Positions 28,255 to 36,259 of a stretch of 64,000 nucleotides of DNA are shown here, piece after piece. The stretch lies in the IMG/VR virus record IMGVR_UViG_3300009129_001428, positions 14,915-78,914 of that record; one strand, 5' to 3'. Numbering within the stretch: the first letter of the stretch is position 1; every line of letters starts with the position of its first letter. A program made the translations under genes and the position numbers. Source of the DNA: a virus. Lineage: Duplodnaviria; Caudoviricetes. The notes beneath the pieces were generated by a model that saw nothing but the letters and a program-made list of their open reading frames with translations, was not told the DNA's origin and did not search any database.

Positions 28255-28596
28255 TTATTCTGATAAGAAATCGCTGATTGTTCTCTCTGTTTTTTTAATA
28301 TTTGCATCTTGTCCTATTTTTTGTTCTTCTAGTTGTGGCGCGGAATACTTTGGCACCACATAGTTATAATCTAAATACTTTTTCTTTACAAACTTTTTCC
28401 AGTTGGGGCTAGCTAATATAGCTAGGCTATCAAACTTTTGATAAAAATCTACAACGCTCCAAAAGCATTGGTCTGGAAATTCCTTGAGGAATCTATTCAG
28501 AAGCGTCATTTCTTTTTTCCAGAAAGCCCTCTTATTGGCTTTTGGTTCATTAATATGCCTCTGTATTATTTGTCTTTTATTTAAGCACTTCTTCAT
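28255..28596 (-). CDS. hypothetical protein
   Basis: Re-started at MKKCLNKRQ (the longer track ORF runs into the tmRNA). Confidence 0.6.
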   Translation of the reverse strand: MKKCLNKRQIIQRHINEPKANKRAFWKKEMTLLNRFLKEFPDQCFWSVVDFYQKFDSLAILASPNWKKFVKKKYLDYNYVVPKYSAPQLEEQKIGQDANIKKTERTISDFLSE

Positions 28597-28676
28597 GTAT
28601 GTCGTCCACTGTCCTCTCGCTTCGTTTTTTATTTTTTTTAGGATATACGATATTCCCGAAAAAGTCAAGAAGGAAA

Positions 28677-29110
28677 TGGTGGAGATGGCGGGAGTCGAAC
28701 CCGCGTCCTTGTATAGATCCATAATCTATCTCGTTACAAGTTTGTCCTGCTTTTTTATGTTGTTGCAAACTCAACATTCAATTTCATTTATTTGCCTCCG
28801 AATACTCAGCGGACTACAGTTTGTGAATATGAATAACTTTTTCTGTTTTCTGCAGATGTCGTCCTCGCATTCCTTTATCTGCGTCCCAGATGCAAGGGGT
28901 AGCTTATGCTACAGCAGCCAGCTGACGCGCAACACTCTTACGAGCAGCAACCTTGCGGGTTGCAACCTTCTTAGAAGGATTGAAGCGGTCAAGCAGACCA
29001 TTTACAAGTTTAGATTTGGCACTTATATAAGCCTTGGGCTTTTTAAGGAGCCAGCCCACTCCTACTTGCAATAAAAAATTTAGCTAACAAGTCGAATCCT
29101 TGTCATCCCC
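28677..29110 (-). ncRNA. ssrA: tmRNA (434 nt)
   Basis: 5' GGGGATGACAAGGATTCGAC; 3' T-arm GCGGGTTCGACTCCCGC then CATCTCCACCA; acceptor stem GGGGATG/CATCTCC with G3.U70 Ala determinant and encoded CCA; internal ATAAGT-GCC resume site and tag ORF. Confidence 0.95.
28904..29020 (-). other. tmRNA tag reading frame, 38 codons: AKSKLVNGLLDRFNPSKKVATRKVAARKSVARQLAAVA*
   Basis: Manual translation from resume codon GCC (29018-29020) to TAA (28904-28906); stop lies in a GTAGC-ATAA-GCTAC hairpin. Confidence 0.8.
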
Positions 29111-29133
29111 ATATCAAATAACTAAAGTTAGTT

Positions 29134-29139
29134 TACACT
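29134..29139 (-). promoter_or_regulatory. AGTGTA motif upstream of the tmRNA
   Basis: 23 nt upstream of the mature 5' end. Confidence 0.5.
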
Positions 29140-29141
29140 AA

Positions 29142-30065
29142 TCACTTAGCTTTGTCAAGCTTGCGTTCTGTTTTAATTAGAAAAGGATACTTGCTCACTT
29201 CTGTGCCCCCGCCCTCTCCCGCGTCGCTGATCCCGCTTTTAATTCCACTATCTTCTACCGCAATCTTTTTAAGGTTCTTTAGGGAGGGCGCTTCAATATT
29301 AGGGTCAATAGCCCATAGTACATCGTTTTCTTTCGCCCAGCGCTTCATCCGCCGAATTGGAACTGTTAAATTAAAACCTTCTCCTGCTCCGCGCACAAGC
29401 ATACCCACATAGCGGCCGTCTGTAAGAAAAACCCCGCCTCCTGAGGAGCCTGGGAATGCGGTCACTGTAGTTTGGTCGTACTCTTGCTTGCCATGAATCC
29501 TGCCGACTTGCGACACAATGCCCGTGGTCATAGAGTTCGCTCCCATCTGGCCCAATAAAGACCCTACATGGAAAAGGCTTGTGCCAATAGGGACAATAGC
29601 ATCGTCTGCATTAAGATAAAATCGCGCGCTTTCCTTAGAGTAGTCCTTGGCTCGTACCATAAGCAATGCAAGATCATGGCCGTCATCAGCATTAGAATAT
29701 TTAATAACCATTGCATCCATTTTGATTTCGCCCACACGCCTTCCTTCAGAGACAAGTTCCTTTACTATCTGTGCGTCCTGAAACTCTACTACTTTACGAG
29801 GGCGCCCGCTCTCGTCAATTACATCTCGTACAGTTCGAAGGTTATCGACTACATGGGCCGCCGTCCACACAAAAGTGACCTCGCTCCCCTCGATTTCTCT
29901 AACGATCAACACCCCTGACCCCTCGGACTTGCTCCACTTCCCTTCGGATTTAATAGTAACCGAAATGTCCTGAAGAAAATTGGCAACACGCTTTCTGTTC
30001 TTCAAGTCTTCTGAAAAGGTGGGGGTTGCAACTAAAAATGCCAAGAATAATGTAATGTACTTCAT
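29142..30065 (-). CDS. secreted trypsin-like serine protease
   Basis: Signal peptide; catalytic triad WTAAHVV / HDLALL / PGSSGGGV. Confidence 0.88.
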   Translation of the reverse strand: MKYITLFLAFLVATPTFSEDLKNRKRVANFLQDISVTIKSEGKWSKSEGSGVLIVREIEGSEVTFVWTAAHVVDNLRTVRDVIDESGRPRKVVEFQDAQIVKELVSEGRRVGEIKMDAMVIKYSNADDGHDLALLMVRAKDYSKESARFYLNADDAIVPIGTSLFHVGSLLGQMGANSMTTGIVSQVGRIHGKQEYDQTTVTAFPGSSGGGVFLTDGRYVGMLVRGAGEGFNLTVPIRRMKRWAKENDVLWAIDPNIEAPSLKNLKKIAVEDSGIKSGISDAGEGGGTEVSKYPFLIKTERKLDKAK

Positions 30066-30070
30066 GCTTT

Positions 30071-30099
30071 ATGATATGTGAGGGTTTCGCTATTTTCAA
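30071..30099 (-). promoter_or_regulatory. sigma70-like promoter (leaderless)
   Basis: TTGAAA (30094-30099) - 17 nt - TATCAT (30071-30076) - 5 nt - ATG 30065. Confidence 0.55.
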
Positions 30100-31631
30100 A
30101 ACTTTTCTATTTTTGTTTTTATACTAGAAACAATTCTTTTAAAAGTGGAGGCTCCTGCGGCTTTATTTTCTTGAGACAACTTTCTGTTTGCTGAAATTTT
30201 TCTATAATTATCTCTGATCAAACCTCTGGTTTTTCTTAATCCCGACTTAGCTTGATATAAAAAACTATTTAGCTTTTGGTTTTGGCGATATAACTCAGTA
30301 GGCTCCTGATTATTTATTTTTTTTTTATCGTTTTCGTAAAAGTCTATAATGCCTTTGATCTCGTCTTTAGTGGGAAAGTCTTCGATGTTAGGCGCTCCTT
30401 CGCTTAATTCGTTAAGCTGTGAATGGACCGTCTCCAGTTCTTCGATTGGCGCAAAGTCTTTACGGTTCTGGAGCTCCGTAATTTTTGACTCTAGGTCATC
30501 TACTTTTTTAAAAAAAGAATCTATATCAAAATCTTTAACTTTTTCATATAGTCGTGTTTGTGTTTTTTTATTAAGAACCGCACGCAATCCTGAAACCCCC
30601 GCAAGAACTAATAGTACTGCTAAGGGATCGAAGACAAAAATCAATACAATTATTATAATTCTTACCGCTTTATCTAAAGCTATCTCGCTTGCTCCTAGGT
30701 CTTCAAATAATTTAGCAATGTACTTAACTGGCCCGACTTCTGCCTCTAGCGTACGAACCTTCTCGTCAAAAGTAATTTTGCTAACTTCAAGTTGATTAAT
30801 CTTATCTGTTGCACCATTAATTAGTTCATTGTATTTTTCTATCTCTTCTTTGGCCTCTGAGTGGCCTCCTCCTCTTGCCTGCTGAAACTCTGCTATTTTT
30901 GTGCGGGATTCTTTAGTCTCTATGTCTGCCTTTTCTCTGTGAGCGCTAATCTTGCCCTCTCCTTCTTTAATGCTAGACTGAATGGACACACGCTCTTCTG
31001 CTTGCAATTCTTTAAGTGCTTGTAGTTTTTGTTTTTTATTAGAAAATAAACCACCTGATTCCGATTCTAGAGTGGCAACTGCTGTATCGAGTTCTCTGCG
31101 TCTCTCGGCTAGCTGATCAATTCGATCTTGTTCAAATTGAACGTCTTTATTTAATTGAGAATTTATTTGCTCGATTCTTTTCTCTTCTCTCTGTATATCA
31201 ATTAAATTTATATCCTTAGAGGATGTTAATCTTTTTTCTTCTTCAACAATATAAGATTCTTGTCTTGTAATAAATTGTTTCTCGCGCAAAATTTTCTCGT
31301 CTATTTGTTCTACCGCTGCCATTTCTTTTTCTGTCAAATAGCTATGTTCAATATGGGCTTTAGATAGGAACCCGAAAATACCCATACTGGTTATAAGCAT
31401 CAGGACAACCACTGCGGCAGTAAGATAGTACTTCATCAGTCTATTCGCTTCTCTCCAGTTTTGATGAAGCCAAACCGCCGAAACAATTTTCCCTACTTCT
31501 AATACTGAGCCCATGATAATGACAGACCATGCAGCGCCTGGAAACATGGTAGCTAGCCCTAAAATACTAAAATAAGCACCTGTACCTGAGATACTTAACG
31601 CTGATAATAAAACTATGAAATAAAAAATCAT
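30096..31631 (-). CDS. multi-pass membrane protein with long coiled coils
   Basis: Start MIFYFIV; AYFSILGL, VLEVGKIV, SMGIFGFLSKAH, EAEVGPVKYIA, FVFDPLAVLL; common large-phage family. Confidence 0.7.
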   Translation of the reverse strand: MIFYFIVLLSALSISGTGAYFSILGLATMFPGAAWSVIIMGSVLEVGKIVSAVWLHQNWREANRLMKYYLTAAVVVLMLITSMGIFGFLSKAHIEHSYLTEKEMAAVEQIDEKILREKQFITRQESYIVEEEKRLTSSKDINLIDIQREEKRIEQINSQLNKDVQFEQDRIDQLAERRRELDTAVATLESESGGLFSNKKQKLQALKELQAEERVSIQSSIKEGEGKISAHREKADIETKESRTKIAEFQQARGGGHSEAKEEIEKYNELINGATDKINQLEVSKITFDEKVRTLEAEVGPVKYIAKLFEDLGASEIALDKAVRIIIIVLIFVFDPLAVLLVLAGVSGLRAVLNKKTQTRLYEKVKDFDIDSFFKKVDDLESKITELQNRKDFAPIEELETVHSQLNELSEGAPNIEDFPTKDEIKGIIDFYENDKKKINNQEPTELYRQNQKLNSFLYQAKSGLRKTRGLIRDNYRKISANRKLSQENKAAGASTFKRIVSSIKTKIEKF

Positions 31632-31632
31632 T

Positions 31633-32319
31633 TTATGACAACTTAACAATACACTTTCTGGAGGCGCCCCAATACCAAATCTCCAGTGGATTGTAAGAAG
31701 CGGAGAGAGTAGACCCAGGAACGACACCATTATAAGTGAGGTCAGTACCTGTATTATTTCGCAAATAAAAAGCTCTTTGGTGAGAGCCTGCTAGATAGTA
31801 ATAGCTATTGGTCGCTTTAGAAAGATTGCCAGGAACCGCTGCTTTAATGTTGGCCCCATCAAGGTTGCCGCATGGTTCCGTGCAGGGAGGGCCCCATAGA
31901 TTAGAAACCAAATCCTCATCGAAATAATCTCCGTCTAGAAAGTCCTCAATCGTAGCAAGGCGCGCAATATTAATTCCCACTCCCGCATAATCAGCTATCA
32001 TTTGGGCTTCAACTGCCGCAGGATCTACGGTTCCCGCCGCATTACCGAACTCATAGCTTGCGCTCGTCACAGCTAAATCTCCATATTTTATCGATAAAGC
32101 ATAAGGAGAGATGGGGCCGTCAGCAAAAAAAGCTACTCCCGAAACGGGACCAACGAAATTCGAGCACTGAATGGGAGAATAAAGCTCTGTGGGGCCAACG
32201 TCGTCAACTTGTACTCCATCTATACTAACCTTTCCCTCTTTGAGTATAGCGGTAATAGATAAAGGTTGGGAGCTCCCAATCCCGCGAGTCTCATTCAGAG
32301 TTGACAAATAGGGCTTCAT
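31633..32319 (-). CDS. hypothetical protein, paralog C of a tandem family (extra C-terminal domain)
   Basis: Shares LxITxxLK...IDG...GP..LYSPI.C..F...G.xAxF with its two neighbours. Confidence 0.65.
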   Translation of the reverse strand: MKPYLSTLNETRGIGSSQPLSITAILKEGKVSIDGVQVDDVGPTELYSPIQCSNFVGPVSGVAFFADGPISPYALSIKYGDLAVTSASYEFGNAAGTVDPAAVEAQMIADYAGVGINIARLATIEDFLDGDYFDEDLVSNLWGPPCTEPCGNLDGANIKAAVPGNLSKATNSYYYLAGSHQRAFYLRNNTGTDLTYNGVVPGSTLSASYNPLEIWYWGASRKCIVKLS

Positions 32320-32568
32320 TTATAAAAGCGCCGCACCTATGGGCCCCGTTTGAAAGTAAGCAATATGGCCTGCTGAATTTGGGCTAAAGGAATCACAAAT
32401 AATCGGAGAGTACAATTCCAGGGGCCCAGGAGAGCCTATGGAAGTCCCATCTATAGAAAGTGATTCTGCTTTTAAGATAGAGGTGATGTATAACCTATTG
32501 TCGGCACTAGGAGTAACTTCACTATTATCTGCATTGATTTCACTAGGAAAACTATTTGGTTCTGCCAT
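32320..32568 (-). CDS. hypothetical protein, paralog B
   Basis: LYITSILK...IDG...GPLELYSPIICDSF...GHIAYFQ. Confidence 0.7.
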   Translation of the reverse strand: MAEPNSFPSEINADNSEVTPSADNRLYITSILKAESLSIDGTSIGSPGPLELYSPIICDSFSPNSAGHIAYFQTGPIGAALL

Positions 32569-32795
32569 TACTGCTCAAAATAAGCAACCTGACCCGTTGA
32601 GTCAGGCGTAAAAGTATCACAAATTACAGGAGAAGGAAAGGCGCAGGGCCCTACCGAAGAAGCCGTGACTCCATCTATTATAACAGTACCAGATTTTAAA
32701 AGGGCTGTAATATAGAGTTTCTTGCTGCCCGAACTGGGACTTATTGCCGACGTTCCTGAACTAATTTTACTTGGAATTGTTTTGGGACTTGCCAT
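32568..32795 (-). CDS. hypothetical protein, paralog A
   Basis: LYITALLK...IDG...GPCAFPSPVICDTF...GQVAYFE. Confidence 0.7.
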   Translation of the reverse strand: MASPKTIPSKISSGTSAISPSSGSKKLYITALLKSGTVIIDGVTASSVGPCAFPSPVICDTFTPDSTGQVAYFEQ

Positions 32796-32943
32796 GTTTT
32801 TTGCCTTTCTGTTTCCATTGACTCAAGCAGACCGCTATTCTCTGCTTGATATCAGTAAATTCTTTTTTAGATACCTCATCGCCCAAACAACGATCCATAA
32901 ACCGTTCTTTACTTTCGTTTTCCTGTTTGCTGGGTAAGGGCAT
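32767..32943 (-). CDS. small phage protein (58 aa)
   Basis: Manual translation MPLPSKQENESKERFMDRCLGDEVSKKEFTDIKQRIAVCLSQWKQ...; AGTGTA 14 nt upstream. Confidence 0.65.
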   Translation of the reverse strand: MPLPSKQENESKERFMDRCLGDEVSKKEFTDIKQRIAVCLSQWKQKGKKHGKSQNNSK

Positions 32944-32971
32944 AACTATATTAGTGTTACACTTATTTATC

Positions 32972-33895
32972 TTATAAATACTTCGATATTGAACTCGGTA
33001 ATACGTTTTGTGCTCTAATTCTTACCTTCTCTGCTAAATAGGGGTCTCTCTTGGAGCCGCCTACTAGGTGGGTATATTTTATGTTATTGGAACCTCTGTA
33101 AACGAAGGCTCCCTCTTTTTTAAAGTCTAATTCATTACATATCCTATAGCCTGGGGGCGGTTCGAGAAGTGGTACAAATATTTTGTTCTTTTTAAAAGCT
33201 AGATGAGAAAATAACCACTGTTCATAAATTGCATTAAAGCTGTCTCCCATATCGTGGTTGCGAATATATTTCATATTGGATTCGTCTTGCAAAATGTCGA
33301 AAACTTTAGAGCAATAATATTGTATAAAATTTAAGTCTGTACCTCCAAATATACCAAAATTGGGAGTAAGGACAGGGTTATTTGTTTTATCCCTGTCAAA
33401 GCCTATGAGCCACATTATCTTTTTAAAAAAAGAAAAGTATGGCGAGAAGCTGTATCGAAGGGGGGAGTTTAATATCTTGCGAAAGCAAAAATTGTAAAGC
33501 GGCATCTTGTATTCTACGCTTTGGCAAATCAAACCCTGACTTAAAAACTCTAGAGGTGGCCGCTCCCATAGGAATACATCGTTGTCTACATGTAAAAACG
33601 AATCTTCCTGCAGGGAATAGGTTTTTATTTTGGGATAAGCCCACAGGCTGGGCGGTATATTAAGTTCGTGTAGTTGTTGCAGGCTTGAATCAACTTCGTC
33701 AAACAAAGGCAAAAAGCGTTTTAGGTCTTGCAGCCCCTGCCTGTCCGTATATAAAAATACTTTTTTAAACCAATGACGAGCACAAAAAGCTGATAAAGCA
33801 AAAGAGGATTCAAAATCTTTTTGATTATTGAATCCACAATACCTATTAAGGTAATTCGGTATAGACCAATGGGTAAAAACTGCCGTATGAATCAT
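32972..33895 (-). CDS. DUF6734-like / glycosyltransferase-like protein
   Basis: FTHWS, LYTD, WAYPKIKTY, FLHVDNDVFLW, NFGIFGG, IYEQW. Confidence 0.6.
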   Translation of the reverse strand: MIHTAVFTHWSIPNYLNRYCGFNNQKDFESSFALSAFCARHWFKKVFLYTDRQGLQDLKRFLPLFDEVDSSLQQLHELNIPPSLWAYPKIKTYSLQEDSFLHVDNDVFLWERPPLEFLSQGLICQSVEYKMPLYNFCFRKILNSPLRYSFSPYFSFFKKIMWLIGFDRDKTNNPVLTPNFGIFGGTDLNFIQYYCSKVFDILQDESNMKYIRNHDMGDSFNAIYEQWLFSHLAFKKNKIFVPLLEPPPGYRICNELDFKKEGAFVYRGSNNIKYTHLVGGSKRDPYLAEKVRIRAQNVLPSSISKYL

Positions 33896-34911
33896 TAAAA
33901 ATCATCCTCTAGCGCCCCGCTTTGCTGGTATTCCCTCACCCTTCTTTCAAAAAAGTTAGTCATTGCTTGGGTGTCTACTACTTCCGAAAGCCATGGAAAT
34001 GGATTTTGATCAGAAGGAAAACGATAACTAAGACCAATAGCCTCCATCCTGCGGTTGCCAATGTAATGCATATAGTCTACAAACATGTCTGAATTTAAGC
34101 CAAGTATACCTGTCGGCAAAACATCTTTAGCGTAGTTAACTTCTAGTTCTACTGTTTTCTTCATGTGTTCAGTGAACTCTTCCTGAATAGCTTTTGTCCA
34201 TATTTTTGGGTTTTGATCTATTAGGGTATTAATAAGGTAAGTGCCGAACTCGATGTGTAAACTCTCGTCTCTAAGAGTATATTTGATCTGGTCAGAAACC
34301 CCCTGTAATTTATTTTGCCTTCCGAGGGCGAGGAGCATCGCAAAGCCCGAAAAGAAAAACGTTCCTTCGCAAATTATGTAGTAGGTGAATAGGTTTTTAA
34401 GCAATTCTTTTTTGCCTGTCAATGTTGTGCTAGTGAAGTCAGGGCGATTTAGATCACTAGTAATCTCCATTAAAAATTCATCCTTAGCTTTAATAGAGGG
34501 GACAGTTTCGTAAGCCCTGTATACTTCGTCAATATCTAAGTCAAGGCTGTCGCAGATGTATACGATAGTAAGGTTGTGTAGGCTCTCTTCAAATGCCTGT
34601 CGTAAAATGTACTGCCTGCATTCAGCATCAGTAATATATTTAAATGCAGACATCAATAAATTGTTCCCCACCAACGACTCGCTTCCCGCAAAAAATCCTA
34701 AACAACGCTTTACCAAAAGCTTTTCATCGTCAGATATTTCTCCGCCCTTCCATTGCTTAATATCGTCTTGCATTGAAATTTCAGTTGGCATCCAGTTGTT
34801 GGCGCAACCTTTTAGGAAAAGATCCCACGCAAACTTATGTTTATGAGGAAGGATACGATTTACTGAAGCGATATCTTCAGTGATTAAATCAGATGTTTTT
34901 TCGTCTTGCAT
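33895..34911 (-). CDS. nrdB: ribonucleotide reductase beta subunit, class Ic (R2c)-type
   Basis: Colinear with C. trachomatis NrdB as recalled; ligands E78, E109, H112, EGTFF, RDESLH; Ile116 at the radical-Tyr position; C-terminal FFERRVREY. Confidence 0.93.
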   Translation of the reverse strand: MQDEKTSDLITEDIASVNRILPHKHKFAWDLFLKGCANNWMPTEISMQDDIKQWKGGEISDDEKLLVKRCLGFFAGSESLVGNNLLMSAFKYITDAECRQYILRQAFEESLHNLTIVYICDSLDLDIDEVYRAYETVPSIKAKDEFLMEITSDLNRPDFTSTTLTGKKELLKNLFTYYIICEGTFFFSGFAMLLALGRQNKLQGVSDQIKYTLRDESLHIEFGTYLINTLIDQNPKIWTKAIQEEFTEHMKKTVELEVNYAKDVLPTGILGLNSDMFVDYMHYIGNRRMEAIGLSYRFPSDQNPFPWLSEVVDTQAMTNFFERRVREYQQSGALEDDF

Positions 34912-34917
34912 CGCTTT

Positions 34918-34946
34918 ATAATATTATAATTAACAGTTAATGTCAA
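34918..34946 (-). promoter_or_regulatory. sigma70-like promoter (leaderless) of nrdB
   Basis: TTGACA (34941-34946) - 17 nt - TATTAT (34918-34923) - 6 nt - ATG 34911. Confidence 0.7.
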
Positions 34947-34956
34947 GACAAACGAC

Positions 34957-35466
34957 CTATTCTGGGGGATAGATCATCCAGAATATTGATTTCTCCCCAA
35001 ATGAGGAGGTGTATTTATATTTATCTTTGTTCTCGTAGCTTTCAAAAAACATTTGGTACTGACGTCCGAAACTATTTATAGATTTTTTTATTGTATCCAT
35101 CTCTCCAATGAATTGAGCTCTCCTGGTATTAAAAAGATATAAATGTGTGCGCATCATCTTATTATTGACTACTCCAAAAATTTCCTGCACCCTGCCGACA
35201 GAAAGTTTTGGGTTAGGCTCTAGGGGATTCAAGTTAATTAAAAAACAATGGGGCAGCTCGGCTTCGTCAATTATTTCCATTACTTCTTCTATGACGTCGT
35301 CGCCGTTGCAAACTTTTACTGTTGCGCCAGTCTCTTCTAGAACAGCCTTAGTATTCTCGCACTCATTTCCAGCAATAACAAAAACTCCAGCCTTCAGTTT
35401 ATCATAGCCAAAATTAATTAATAACCGCTTGTATTTATTTATAGTTGTATCTAGGAAGGAGATCAT
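34957..35466 (-). CDS. hypothetical protein
   Basis: 169-aa ORF; its first 40 bp are duplicated at 36208-36247. Confidence 0.55.
   Translation of the reverse strand: MISFLDTTINKYKRLLINFGYDKLKAGVFVIAGNECENTKAVLEETGATVKVCNGDDVIEEVMEIIDEAELPHCFLINLNPLEPNPKLSVGRVQEIFGVVNNKMMRTHLYLFNTRRAQFIGEMDTIKKSINSFGRQYQMFFESYENKDKYKYTSSFGEKSIFWMIYPPE
35427..35466. repeat. 40-bp direct repeat, copy 1
   Basis: gcttgtatttatttatagttgtatctaggaaggagatcat; 37/40 identical to copy 2. Confidence 0.9.
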
Positions 35467-35475
35467 AGTTCGATT

Positions 35476-36204
35476 CTAATTATACTTGCTGTAGTATGGG
35501 CCTCTTTCATTTGCTGCCGAATTCCATCTGCCTCTGTGGCCTCCATGAATGCCAAAAAATGAATCGGAATATTTAAACTCTTTATCCTTGATTCTTTCGT
35601 ATAATTTATTCATGTCGTCAATTCTTTTGTACATATCTTTTTTTGCCTCTAATTCATTTTTAGTAAAAAATTTTTGAGGAAGAAAGTCCTTGCATGCCAG
35701 GTAGAAATAATTGACTATATCTTTTAAATTATAATCTTTCGTCTCTAGTATTTTTTCATAGGGAATAATAAGGATATTTGACCTGTCGTTTGAAGAAACT
35801 TCTTGAGGGATTATAGCCTTTAGGTCTGCAAGCTCCTTTGGGTCCCGAAATTCATCCGTTATCAACTCAATAGGAGCGCGCTGCCTTTTGGCTCTGTCTG
35901 TCGTCAAAAAATAGAGTCTATGTATCGACCCGAACGCGCGCTCCCACTTATCGTAATCTATGCAATGAGATTTAGAGATAAATTTATTAATGCTAGGACC
36001 TATGTCTATTAATGAATAAGATTGAACAGCTTGATTAGCCCCTTGTGAAGTACGGTTGTGACTAAGTGGCCCCATATAGACTGGGGAAGTCGGGCATAAT
36101 AATCCGTGCAATAAATTTTGGACAACCGTGCTTCCTGTCCCTGGTAGAGACGCCTGAATAATTCTTGTGTCACAACTGGGAGTATTTGTATAATCAAATT
36201 TCAT
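35476..36204 (-). CDS. sulfotransferase-like P-loop protein
   Basis: QASLPGTGSTVVQNLL (PAPS-binding-like loop), ISKSH, IPYEKI. Confidence 0.55.
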   Translation of the reverse strand: MKFDYTNTPSCDTRIIQASLPGTGSTVVQNLLHGLLCPTSPVYMGPLSHNRTSQGANQAVQSYSLIDIGPSINKFISKSHCIDYDKWERAFGSIHRLYFLTTDRAKRQRAPIELITDEFRDPKELADLKAIIPQEVSSNDRSNILIIPYEKILETKDYNLKDIVNYFYLACKDFLPQKFFTKNELEAKKDMYKRIDDMNKLYERIKDKEFKYSDSFFGIHGGHRGRWNSAANERGPYYSKYN

Positions 36205-36207
36205 AAT

Positions 36208-36247
36208 GCTTGTATTTATTTATAGTTGTATCTAAAAAGGAGGTCAT
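36208..36247. repeat. 40-bp direct repeat, copy 2
   Basis: gcttgtatttatttatagttgtatctaaaaaggaggtcat; on the minus strand it opens mini-ORF MTSFLDTTINKYKHYEI*. Confidence 0.9.
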
Positions 36248-36259
36248 CTTAAGTTTTTT

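Noticed and set aside
28677-28712. tRNA-like T-arm and CCA end suggesting a tRNA gene
   Set aside because: No anticodon arm; it pairs with GGGGATG 400 nt upstream and is the 3' end of the tmRNA.
28484-29074. 196-aa plus-strand ORF, plus the track ORFs at 28577-28777 and the long form 28255-28722
   Set aside because: Antisense to or overlapping the tmRNA, with no recognisable motifs; treated as spurious.
35436-35443. T4-type late promoter TATAAATA
   Set aside because: I noticed it only within the 40-bp repeat, not systematically upstream of genes; AGTGTA is the recurring motif instead.
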